DNA of 64,000 nucleotides. Source: Saccostrea cucullata (lineage: Eukaryota). The notes beneath the pieces are model-generated. The model had not been told where the DNA came from and searched no databases. It saw nothing but the letters and a program-made list of their open reading frames with translations. How positions within the stretch are numbered: position 1 is the first letter of the stretch; each line of letters opens with the position of its first letter. The position numbers were made by a program, and so were the translations under genes. Shown piece by piece: positions 1-12,300 of the stretch. The DNA lies in contig NW_026936290.1 in NCBI RefSeq assembly GCF_032062105.1, positions 124,001 to 188,000 on the forward strand, read 5' to 3'.

Positions 1-363
1 AGACCAGGTCTTCCAAAATATATTGGGATTCCCATGGATTTACCAATTGCGCCCCGTTATTAGCAGACCTATTTTTTCATATGAAGCATAATTTGTACAA
101 AATCTTAAATGTGAAAAGAAAACACTTGCTGTGGCTTTCAACTCAACATTTAGATTAGATATATCGACGACGTTTTGTCAATATCAATGGTTATTTCCAT
201 TCTTATGTCGATACGATATATCCTGGTGAGCTTGACAGAAAAAAAAATGACACAGAGTCTGGTACATCTGTTTCATTTTTGGATATTTTACATGAAAAAG
301 ACGTTAATGGTAATCTAACAATCAATCTCTATGATAAACATGAAGAGTAACTTGTCAATCGTC
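1..363 (+). mobile_element. Penelope-like (Naiad-type) RT fragment, near-identical to 910-1274
   Basis: Degenerate GIPMG-TNCAPLLADLF and RYIDDVLS RT motifs with frameshifts; almost base-for-base copy of 910-1274; runs off the window edge. Confidence 0.85.
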
Positions 364-652
364 ACACAACATCAAAAACTGCCTGACCTTGGTGACCTTG
401 AATTCCTCGACAATGGATTTTAATGGTAATAGCAGCTTTGTTTCTGTACTGTACAAACCAACACTACCGAAGCTCCTGGGAACTACGAGCCATCTATTAA
501 GATACTCACTGATCCTTCGCTCCATCGATACAACTGAAGTTAGTGGCTCATCGTAAACAAGTAGAGGCCAAAGAATTCCTGGAAATACGCCGTGCTGGTA
601 TATCCATACTTAGTATTTCCCTCGTAACGCACTTTTGTCTATGATATTCACC
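361..652 (-). mobile_element. HERO-clade (RLE-type) non-LTR retrotransposon remnant, RT C-terminal region
   Basis: Minus-strand translation IDKSALRGKY*VWIYQHGVFPGILWPLLVYDEPLTSVVSMERRISEYLNRWLVVPRSFGSVGLY...LPLKSIVEEFKVTK matches the recalled HERO pattern IDKSGLPGKxKxWIYQHGxLPRxLWPLLVYE; one in-frame stop. Confidence 0.75.
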
Positions 653-671
653 TAATTCTCCAATTGATTTC

Positions 672-776
672 AGAGGCCTGTTCAACAGAGCGAGCGTTTG
701 CAAACATTTCTACTGGTGGTATAAGGAATTTGGCGAGCGCTCGCAAATGTTCGCTCTGTTAAATAAACAGGCCTCT
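672..776. mobile_element. Small MITE-like inverted repeat
   Basis: agaggcctgttcaacagagcgagcgtttgc ... gcaaatgttcgctctgttaaataaacaggcctct; TSD not resolved. Confidence 0.55.
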
Positions 777-809
777 AGTGTCACTAACATTGTGTTTATC
801 TCACAGTGA

Positions 810-2160
810 ATCATCAAAGAACACATTCTGATTGTTCACACAAGTACTCTGAAGTTGACATTAAAAAGATGCTTGATTTTCTGATTGACAATATCTATGT
901 GGTTTTTGGAGACCAGGTCTTCCAAAATATATTGGGATTCCCATGGATTTACCAATTGCGCCCCGTTATTAGCAGACCTATTTTTTCATATGAAGCATAA
1001 TTTGTACAAAATCTTAAATGTGAAAAGAAGAAAACACTTGCTGTGGCTTTCAACTCAACATTTAGATTAGATATATCGACGACGTATTGTCAATATCAAT
1101 GGTTATTTCCATTCTTATGTCGATACGATATATCCTGGTGAGCTTGAAAGAAAAAAAATGACACAGAGTCTGGTACATCTGTTTCATTTTTGGATATTTT
1201 ACATGAAAAAGACGTTAATGGTAATCTAACAATCAATCTCTATGATAAACATGAAGAGTAACTTGTCAATCGTCTAATTACTTACACAGCAATATACCTT
1301 CATTATCCACATACGGAGTTAATGTATCTCAGTTGATTCGATACCCAAGAGCATGCTCTAGGGATGTGCGATTTTATCGGTATACCGGTGTATTGCGATT
1401 TTTTGTTGCATGATACGTATCGTGATACAGAGACCTAAATACCGGTCTTTAGGTACATATCATAATGTCCAGAAATTATTCATTTATTTGTTCAATCTTT
1501 CAAATTACAATTACCGAAAGTATAAAAAATGTTGTAAAAAGTGAAAAGAATGGCATCTTACCGTCCAAACATAATTGATTTTATATATATATATATAAAT
1601 TTCAAGAAAGTAAAATTTTGTTTTTCTAGCATATTTTTTAGAAAAATAATGACTTTTTATATAAAATCATTGTAAAAACTGCTTTTAAGAATATCATGAT
1701 ATTATCGTGATATTGTGGGAAAAAATCGTGATATATCGCGGTACAAAATTTTTGGCGATACCCATACCTAGGACATACAAATTCTAAAACAAGGTAAATT
1801 ATTGACAAACAAGTTGATGAAACAATATCACCAGTCTCGTTTAAAGAAATCATTTCGTAAGTTCTATGGTCGATACATTGACCTTGTCAGCAAATACATT
1901 TTGTCATTGAGTCAAATGGCAACGTTTTTCATGCTAACTGGTAGTCCATTGTTTACACACTGAATTGAAGACGAATTTTCCTGTTATTTACCGATCATGA
2001 TAAGGAGCACACGGAGGGTGTGGTCGGTCGGCAGGGGATGCTGACTCGTCCATGGCACCTGATCCCACCTCTGAAGTTTTGAAGGTCAATGTTTGATCTG
2101 CTCCTAATTTGAATTATTTTATAGATTTTGAGCTTGAATTCTGTACTTTATCTCCATATA
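810..2160 (+). mobile_element. Naiad-type Penelope-like element, 3' half, interrupted by an insertion at 1359-1770
   Basis: KYSEVDIKKMLDFLIDNIYVVFGDQVFQ, GIPMG, RYIDDVLS, LYDK, SQLIRY, KFYGRY remnants; conserved 3' motif at about 2002-2105. Confidence 0.85.
1359..1770. mobile_element. MITE-like insertion (TAGGG...CCTA ends, hAT-like) nested in the PLE
   Basis: PLE coding sequence stops at agagcatgctc and resumes at tacaaattc; tagggatgtgcgat...cgatacccataccta ends with cgata/tatcg subterminal motifs; no clean 8-bp TSD. Confidence 0.5.
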
Positions 2161-2169
2161 TTTCATGGA

Positions 2170-2940
2170 AAACTTGGTCTCCAATGACTTCATAGAATTT
2201 TGCGAGGGAAGACCTTTGGTATCCTTCCACTCGACATTTAGATATATCGACGACGTATTGTCAACGAACAATGGTTATTTCCATTCTTATGTCGATACGA
2301 TATATCCTAGTGGGCTTGAAATAAACAGATATCACAGATTCTGACACATTTGATTTAGTATTTAGATATTTTAATTGAAAAAGACGTTAATGGTAATCTA
2401 ACAACCAAGCTTAATGACAAACGAGATGCTTGACTTTAACTTTTCAATCGTCAACTTCCCTTACTTATGCAGCAATATACTTCATCATCTGCATACGGGG
2501 TTTATATCTCTCAGTTAATTCGATATGCAAGAGGATGCCCTACGTGTGAACAATTCTTAAAACGAGATAATTATTGACAAACAAGTTGCTGCAACAAGAA
2601 TATTAGCAGTCTCGGTTAAAGTAATCATTTCGTAACAACTTGTATGGTCGATACAATGACCTTAAGCTTATCAGCAAGTACAATTTATCAATAAGTCAAA
2701 TGCTGACTGACGTTTTTCATACTCATTGTTCATCTATTGTTTACACACTGAATTGGCGACGGATTTGTCAGTTATTTCCCGATCATGACAAGGAGCACAA
2801 TGCGGGCGTGGTGGATTTGTAGGGGATGCTGACTCCTCCATGGCACCTGATCCCACCTCGAATGTTTTGGAGGTCCTGCTTCTATTTTGTATTGTTAAAT
2901 GAATTTTCAGCCTGAAAACTGTTCGTTATCTTCATATATT
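2170..2940 (+). mobile_element. Naiad-type PLE 3' fragment (tandem copy)
   Basis: FRYIDDVLS, DFNFSIVNFPYLCSN, YGVYISQLIRYAR remnants; 3' motif at about 2790-2875. Confidence 0.85.
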
Positions 2941-3195
2941 CTATTAATTCATTCATTACTTGTTTGAAAGAAAATAATACTATTTAGCATGCATTAATTG
3001 TGGCTTAAAACATCAATAACGGTTCTCTTTAACCCCTATTCATCTTAAAGAAATAATGAAATGAAAATTCCGAAACCTTAAGTCCATTACAAAGACATCT
3101 ACATGACAACACCAGTCACGTTGCAAAAGATGATCTGGCTTTTACAAAACATTTTTGAAGGGGCTGGGAAATCAAAAACAGTGATCGATCTAATT

Positions 3196-3460
3196 AAAAC
3201 AAGATGTATTTGTGAAACACTGATGCCATTGTACAACAGCAGATGGCGAAAGTTAAACTTTCAAATGCAAACTTTAAGACTAAAAGATAAAAAATATTGT
3301 CACCTAAACAAAGGGCTTGTCTCAGTTAATATACTTGTGAAACGTGAAAGCCCTTGTACCAACTGTTTAAAAGTTATGACCAAGATTATAGTTTTCAAAA
3401 TTTAAGTTAAGTTAAAGGGTTTCTTTAATAGTTGGTCAAAAGGTAAAAACAGATAGATGT
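3196..3460 (+). mobile_element. Degenerate Helentron-associated (HINE/pearl-like) element
   Basis: Starts aaaacaagatgtatttgtgaaacac like the intact copy at 20968; aaagttatg...aaggt core-repeat remnant. Confidence 0.5.
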
Positions 3461-3484
3461 CAATATATTTTCATCTGAAGTTGA

Positions 3485-4960
3485 TGAAATATGTGGAGAT
3501 AACAAACAGTATTCAGACTCAAAAGTCCATTAAACAATACAAAATTGGAACAGCTGCATGAGCAAACATGGACCTCAAAAAAACATGTCAAACGTTGTTG
3601 TATCTTTTATTTTAAGCCCATCGGGCTATGTCGTATCGACATAAGAATGGAAATAACCATTGTTAGTTGACAATACGTCGTCGATATACTAGTATCTAAA
3701 TGAGAAGTTGAATGATACCAAGGATACCAAAGATCTTCACAAAATTCTATTAAGTCATTGGAAACTATTTCACCAAGTCTTCCATGAAATATATAGAGAT
3801 AATTAACAGCATTCAAGCTCAAAAATCCATAAAACAATTCAAAAAAGAAACAGAGCAAACATGGACCCCCAAAACATCAGAGATGGGATCAGGTGCCATG
3901 GAGGAGTGAAAATCCACTGCCGACCGGTCACATCTGCCGTGTGCTCCTTGTCATGATCGGGGAATAACGTAAAAGTTCGTCGCCAGTTCAGTGTGTAAAC
4001 AATGGACTAACAATAAGTATGAAAAACGTCAGTCAGCATCTGACTCAATGACAAATGTCTTTGCTGACAAGGTCATTGTATCGGCCGTAGAACTTACGAA
4101 ATGATGACTTAAAATGAGACTGTTGATATACATGTTTTTTCAACTTGTTTGTCAATAATTTACCTCGTTTTCGAATTTGTACATACGTAGAGCATATGCT
4201 CTTGCGTATCGAAGCAAATGAGAGATGTAAACTCCGTGTGCAGATGATGACGGTATAATTTTTGCTTCATAAGTAAGGAAAGTTGACGATTGAAAAGTTA
4301 AAGTCATCACGTTTTTCATATAGAGCTTGGTTGCTAGATCACCATCAATGTCTTTATCAAGTAAAATATCCGAGTAATAGAAGACTTCTGAAAGCCAGGA
4401 CTCTGTAATTTCTTTTTACCTCTGATTTTTACCCGGAATGAGATTTAAAAAATCATACTGCATTAATTTTTTCCTGAAGACACCACAAACCACATCTCAA
4501 AGATGATGCAGGTACTGCGTAAAATGTATGCGGAATTTTGTAGACAGTTTCGTAGAAAATTAAAAGGAAGAAAAGAGATCTAAAAAAAAATCTGTAGATA
4601 ATAAACAACTGTGAAAAGGTTACAAGCATGGACCCTGGATATTCCAGAGGTCGGATTAGGTGCCTAGGAAAGCTGACGATGGAAAAGTTGCAACAATCTC
4701 GTTGTTCATACATTTCAGTTGTTAGTTGATCCTTATCGTCAATCGTCAGTAGAACATCTACAAATGAAACAGATGTTGAGACTCTATGGTGTCTTTAATT
4801 TCAAGTTTACTTAGATATATCATATCAACATATGAAGAAAAGTAACTATTATTAATTGATTATATACATGGTCGATAGTCAAGTTGAAAGCCAAAGATGG
4901 GAAGGGCTTTTTTTTCTCTCATGTAGAAGTTTTTAATTAAATTCTTCTTCATACAATAGC
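3485..4960 (-). mobile_element. Cluster of minus-strand Naiad-type PLE fragments
   Basis: Reverse complements of the same RT C-terminal motifs; 3' motif at about 3850-3950 and a partial copy at about 4625-4668. Confidence 0.8.
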
Positions 4961-6887
4961 TAATGAAGGAGCAAAAAAAATTATTTCAATCGACCTTTAT
5001 GATAAAATGAAAACATAAATACATGCCCATCAAAGATTCAAAATAGAGGTACTTGAACTTAAATACATTCTCTTCAATGTTAGAAAGATCCCCTTATACA
5101 GAATGGAAAAGTTTAAATGATAAGTGCCTGTTTATTAATTACTAGTATATTTCAAACAATGACTTCGTTGAAACTACCAAAAATGTAAGAGGGGTGTTAC
5201 AGACAGTCAGCTGCTTTTTCACACCCCCTCTTCCATGTATTGCACAGTAATCGATGTATTGATATTCATTGATTTGCAACATCAATTATTCTCAAACTAT
5301 ATACTATATACTAGTGTATAATTTACTTTTTCTACTTCCGTTCAAACACCTGCAGAGTTTGGTCAGATTTTCTAAATGTTCGCTGTTATTCATTGTTGCT
5401 TTGTTAGTGAATCACAAGGCGTCATAACAAGAAAATACCAGATTTCTGTAAACAGATTATCTGCTTGCCAGACGGAACTGGATATTCAACATGTTACCAG
5501 ACAAAACTAAACATTTCAAAACAAACTTGATTAATTTTAAACCTCTATTTGCGGTTTTTAATTTTTGTTTTAGCTTAGATAATTATCATTAAATACATAA
5601 CATTAATTTTTTGTCTATATATAATTTATTTAGAAGTGATTTAAAAATAACTGTAAAAGAGTTGTTTTTACACACGAGAAATACGTAATGTGCTTGATTA
5701 ATATGCTCTCGACAATTTATATTATTTTACTTTCATAAATTTATCTGTTTTGTACTATTAAAAAATATATTAATCTAATATATTCTAGATTTTTTTATGC
5801 AATTTAGAAGACAAATTATGCATGTTTATTTTTCTATTACTATTGATGAGCTATTTAATAAAATTTATTTAGGATTTAAAAAATATTTGCATTTATTTTG
5901 TCTTTTTAAAATAAGAAAATCGTTTTATTGATATTTAAATTAAGAATTCAATGGCGAAAAACAAAAGAAAAAAGAACTTTTAGCTCGATCATTAAAACAG
6001 GAAGTATTCGAGTAATTACAATAAATATCTATTGTAACATGTAACTAGATACATTTAATGATAAAGCAGTTAAAATTGACGTACAGAATCCCTTAGTGAG
6101 ACAGGAGTGGCACAAAATGTGCTTTGCAATAATTATTTAATTTTAAAGCTAGAGGCTTTTAAGAAAAAGTTTAAATATTTATTTTGCAAGTGTCCAAAAA
6201 AGAAGGGAACATTACTTCCCAGGTCAAGGTTTGTTTTCACAAGTTCATGTTGAATTCAATCTAGAGCTCTTGTCTTATACACCATGGCTGTTTCAATTCA
6301 AACCTATCTGAGAAACATGACCTTAAAGTACTTATGATATTTTATAGATTATAAGATCTGTGGGCATATCAGTAGCTTTATCATGTACAGTACAGTTAAC
6401 TCTAAGGTAAAAAATAAAAAAATCTTAGATCAAATGTACCTGAACCAAGCTATAATGTACAACATACCGTACGGATTGCCCTGTATTGTAAAATTGCAGT
6501 ACGTTTTCATTAAAATAAAAAAGAATTATATTGTAATATGCATGGGGGTTGGACTTTAGAATATTGCATATTAATTAATCACAGGCTGATGGTGGAGTGT
6601 TTGTAAGTGAAGTAAAGTAGCATCCAGTTGTAAATCTATAAGAAATGTTTTATTGTTGATGTTATTTCATTATCTTATTGTTTACTTGAATTATTGATGC
6701 AATACACATTGCACTTCGACATTGTATTAATGTAAACAAATGCTGTTTTTGTGTTACTAGACGATCTAGCGAGATATTGTTGAACAGACAGTAAGGGACA
6801 GTGATACTGAGATGTTGTATGTCAGTTTTTCATCATTATCTACCATATTACGACTGTAATTTACTTACTTATTTCAGCATTATCACA

Positions 6888-7715
6888 TGTGTTGTAAATT
6901 GGGCGCCTGCCATCTTTCTTACGAAGAAATTAGTCATGTGACATAAACATTGTTGTTTTACAATTGATAAGATCGAAATAACACTGTCCGTGTCCTCAAA
7001 TATTCATAATTGATACTTAAATGTTATTTTATTGCAGTATTGTCATTTAATTATGCTGTATTTGACGAAATGTTTTGGAACTTGAATGTGTAGCGTAATA
7101 CTTATGTGTTTGCGTTATTGTTCGGTATTACTACGCCATGGATTGTGTGTGTCCGTTTTATTACAGATTGTTTGTTGAACTTGTTTTCTAATGTATATCG
7201 AATAGAATTTATAGCTCCCACTTTACATGTAGAAAGGACATTTTGAGCGATGTTATTTTCTTTGTATTACACAAAATGTATGTAAAGTAGTTCTGAGAGA
7301 CTCCAGAAAGGACAGTTATTCATTGGTTGTTGTGATCACGTGACCATTTATGGAAGGTTATATATATGAGCAGCGAACGCCAGTTTCATCACGACGATCG
7401 TAACGATCAGATCATATTACGTCATCAACATCACTGACTGTAAATTACTAGTGACTTAGGTAAAAGAAAATAATGTAAACTAATACAAATTAAGTAGTGT
7501 ATAATTTCTCCACCGCACGGACACCGCAATCCACTGTGTTTTATTAGGCCAGAGATGTTAAGCTAGGACTTTATATACTCATAGATGTACTGACTGTTTT
7601 GTTATATTTCATTGAACTTTGAAGTCTTTATTAAATGAAATATTTGAAACGAAAAATGGAACTTGGTTATGATTTACAAGGATGTGAAGTAAATTATCAA
7701 GGGTGTTTAAATACA
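6888..7715 (+). mobile_element. Possible solo LTR
   Basis: TG...CA ends (tgttgtaaattggg ... aaataca), internal TATA-like tatatatatgag near 7359 and ATTAAA near 7630; TSD ambiguous, no partner LTR. Confidence 0.3.
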
Positions 7716-9293
7716 TGTGACGGGCTGAGGATGCCCCCCCCCTTTTTTTATATGTGGACGGATGTCATGAGTAGTCCTGATAAAAATATAATTTTATAAT
7801 TTATTGAATTTACACGGGATGGAAACATTGTAAGCTGATTGGCATTTGACAGGGTGCTGAGGAAGCTTACAATATTTAAGAATTGCTTATTTTGATAAAA
7901 TGTCAAGGACTTTGAACTGAAGTCCAAGAATGGAAAGTACATACGGAGAAAATAAATACCCCTGTAAATCTTGAGATAAAAGTATATGTGAATCACCTCC
8001 GATCCTTTAAAAATTATCATCTCAAGTTTTACTTACATCTAGTAAATCATCGCAGTATTATCTGGTGCTAAATAACTCCTGGCAAAACACTAAATCAAAA
8101 TAGAAGATAAAAATTTAATTTAGTAAAACATAATCATTATTGCTTAACAAATAATAAATCATAGGATTTTTTAAGAAAAAAAAAAGAAAAAAAAGAATGA
8201 AGATGGTCAATCGCATGTGGTCTCACCAGGACCCTTATTCTTTGTTGACTGATTTCAAGTTGTTTATCAAATAACAGGATATCTTTCAAGGGGCTTAAAA
8301 ATGTCCACTCCTTGTGCTGTATACAACAAGGGTTACACAAATAGATATTTTATACATGCATCTACATTAATACACATTTTGTAAAAGGTCTACATATACA
8401 TATTTAGAACAATTTATATATATTCTGAAACATCTACATTATGGTACATTTTATAAATATCTACATAAATTCACATCTTATACAACATATTTTGTATATT
8501 TTGGAAAATATTAAGAAATATGAAAATTAAACAATTTTGAAGGCTATTTAGAACTTCATTAAGAATAAAACTTCGGATAAACGTATAAATACTTGTGGAT
8601 AGATACTTCTGTAGGTAAAAAGGAACGATTTTAAAAATCAACACCTGTTTCAAAATTATTAGTACAATTTTTTGTGCCTTTATAATCAGCAGTTTATAAA
8701 TGTTTTTCAAATAATTTTAATTGCATGAGAAAAAAAATGTAAAGATAAAATTATAATGATTAAATTATTTTCTGGTGAGGGTACTTTTCTAACATTAAAA
8801 TCTAGTTTAGAAATATAAATTATACTTTTGAAAATGCTAAAGCGTGTTAGTTAGAAATAATTAGATTTATTATAGAGTTTCTAATTGATGCTAATTGTGA
8901 ACTGTCGGGTTTATTGTCGGGTTTAATACTTGTTTTCTCTTTAGTGGACATGGCTTTTTTTTAACGTTTCTTCTCTTTTATAAGATTATTCTAAGGAATT
9001 TGATCATTGTTCCCGATTTAAGGTGAAGTCGAAATCCGATCAATCGGAATCACACAAAAGAGCGTCCATGAGTGAAGCACGAACGCGCAAACCTCCCGCC
9101 GTTATCCCCTCATAATTAAAATCACATTCAGGGACGTGCAAAATTAATCACGTGCTTTTAATCTCAAAGGAACCGTTCTTATGCTAAATGTTGGAACATC
9201 CATTTCCAGAATTTTCACGTTTGATCAGAAATAGGTCCCGCCCCTTGTCCACGAGTGATGGCATGTGTTTACCGGTGTGTGTCGGTGATCCGG

Positions 9294-9328
9294 TATATAA
9301 CACAGTGGGGTACAGGGGGTAGTCAGTT
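9294..9328 (+). promoter_or_regulatory. TATA box plus initiator of the secreted-protein gene
   Basis: TATATAA at 9294-9300 and TCAGTT initiator at 9323-9328, canonical ~30 bp spacing, about 50 bp upstream of ATG 9377. Confidence 0.7.
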
Positions 9329-9376
9329 CGTACTGTGGACCCGTCATCCTAAGGCTGTTACAGAAGAGAGAATTCA

Positions 9377-12300
9377 ATGTTCGGCATTGCCCTCCAGTTT
9401 GTTCTGTACTTGTTTCTGCTGGATTTGGGAGGTTGGTTTATTTTTACTTTCACTGTACATGTGTATATATTATATTATGTCATTCTAATCTCAATTTATC
9501 ATACACGTGGTCATATCACTTAACACTTATGTCGAATGCTGGTTCAGATAAAGTTATTTTTATATCTTTAAATTTTATTTAACGTTGTTTATATGAGATT
9601 AGAAAGAATATCTAAAAATTTAGCTAATAAAAATACTTTATTCAACTGAACTTTTAGTGACTTGTTTTGATAATTTCGTTCTAGCATACTTTTATCATAT
9701 AACATTTTCCATCATATATCAAAACCAACTAAATTAAGTAAAAAGCTGAATTTTGAATTGAATGTGAAAAAAATCTTCATATATAATTTGATTCAATAAT
9801 TATATTTTTGAACTCATTTTTAACTACATATCTTTAAAAACAGTAAATACAAGCATATACCGGTATATGCCGTCTACCAGTTTGTAACAATTTTATTTTA
9901 CACTATATTCCAAATATGAGAGTATTTAGTATCTTGTTAAACTATTTCCATTCAGTAAAAGGTTAAATTCAGCAGAACATTTTAGGATTCCTATCTGCAT
10001 TAAATCAAAATATCCTGCTGCAATGTGAAGAATTTAAGTTTTTTCGAAGTTGGAATTATATAAGTACTGAAACCTTAGATTTATTCTTGCTATAACTACG
10101 AGTAAGCTTCAAATTTTAAAAGGATAATAAAATCAGGTAATTGCTTTGTCTTAAAATTGATTGTTTTAAGCAGATTTTTTTTTTAATAAATTTTATAATG
10201 TTTTAATTTAATTATTTTGTCGAAACGATACATTCATGTGAACTTAAAATAAAGACACACCAGAATTTATCCTGTCTGTTTCATATGAAGAGATTTTAAT
10301 GACTGTAGATGGCAAGGATCTACTAATAAACTACCTTGTTTGACTGTCATCATGACTTCAGCTTTTTCATCGTAAACTTTCCCTATATGTGTAGGAATAA
10401 TTCACTATCACCTGCTTACTAGTATGATGTTTATATCTTTTATAACTTTTATATAACTTACAAATCATTTATAAAAAAAACATAACTTGAAATAAGCTTC
10501 ATTCCTTATAATTTAATTTCAATGTAGACAATGATACAATTTTTCCATCGGAAAAAGGCTTCAAATATAGCATATTTTAATAGTTAACGGCAAGCGGAGT
10601 AATACGTTTTTGACGTAACTCATTGTGACGTAGGCAAGTTATGGTATACAAAATGGATAAAACTGTTTAACCAATCAAATGACGTGTTACAACTAATATT
10701 AAATAATTTTAAAACAAAACATGCTACTAACTTATAAGTTGATGTAACAAGGATTTTAACAATCTTGATCAAAGTCGGCATTTCGTACATTTTATGGCCA
10801 ATATAATTATGATCTTGTTAGCAAATATGACCAAACATTTGGTCTTTGGTCATATTTTGGCTGACGTTGTTTCATACCATCTGAAAATCCTTTAATTCCA
10901 TAGTGAATTGACTTCAAAATGTTTCGCCCACCTTATCAGTAAAGAGAGATCACAGCGACCGTGACTGATCAACAAGGGAACATTTGCTCCTCTCAGGCTC
11001 CCCATCACACTATTTCCAAGGGCCTATGTTTTATGCACTTTTTACGTGTTTGTATTGCTTATTAGATTATTTAAAGTCTATCTCTATTTGTTATTTGCGC
11101 TTTTACATAACATTTGGATACAGTACTATTGAAAGCCTCCTCCGTCGAGCGCTCACACCCTTCGTAAGCCCATAGTATCAATTAGATGGCCGAATATTTC
11201 GTAAAATAAAAAAAAAAAAACATTTTGATATAAAAAAGTTTTAAGATCAGTCAAAATATGATCGACCCAGTGGTTAGTTTTACTTGCTTAAAAGGTCATT
11301 ATAATAATCAAAGACTTTTCATGAGATCGTTGAAATCTTTGTAACATCAAGTTATCCATCAGTAGTCTGTCCCATTTTAAACATTGATCACAAAGTCTAC
11401 ACTCGTAATATCATTCTGAGTATGGAACAAGATAAGGAGAGGCCTTATTTTGATGTATAAAGTTGCCAAAATTTGTAGATTTTCAAAATTCGACTGCTAA
11501 AATTACAATATAATTCAAAATAATAACATGATTGAAGCTAACACACAAAAATATTATTCAGGGATATATGCAAAGCAGGTGCAATTTGGCGACACTTCAA
11601 ACTGTCCGTCAGTGTGGCTGCCCGTCAACGGACAACGCCAGGACAACGTACTGTATAAGACCAAACCTATGTTTGTATTGGACGACAGAAGTGTCAAAGA
11701 GGGTTATCTTCCCGGAAAGTCATACTCACGTAAGTTCTGATCTGTTGCAACTCTTTGTAACTGAAACAAATAAAAAGAATTAGGAAATTAAGAAAATATG
11801 ATTGTACTGTGAGATTTAGGGCGAAACTATTTTGCGAATGGTGTTTTGCATCATTTTGGACTCATTGTTCGCACACTAAATGTCTCAGTTATAGTAGCTT
11901 AGATAGATTTGGTTGAATCGGACACCTTGGCTTAAATTTGAAAACAAGCATTGTGTACCGAGACAACCACAAAATAAAACTTGTCAGCCAGCCCTGTCCA
12001 TTTCTACAGTTCACGTGAATGCCCAGGACAGCGATAGGAAGTTCTCGGACGTTTTGGTCTGGGCAGAAGGAAGTGGGCTACAAGGTTGTAGCACAGGCAG
12101 TTTTGATACAAACCCAACCTACTACCATCAACCGGAAAACTGCTCTCATTTGGTTAGCCGGAACTCCAAGTTACCAGGGCACACGTTCCTTTTCACCTGG
12201 ACAGCACCACTGTGTGGTTGCATTACCATTAGGTGAAGTTTCAATCTAAAAAAATAAAGTGATTCCTTGAAATGCTTAGAGTGGTTGATATTGCATTGAT

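Noticed and set aside
506-652. Apparent minus-strand exon (AG...GTGAGT)
   Set aside because: Stops in all three frames, and the translation continues past the donor as HERO retrotransposon sequence
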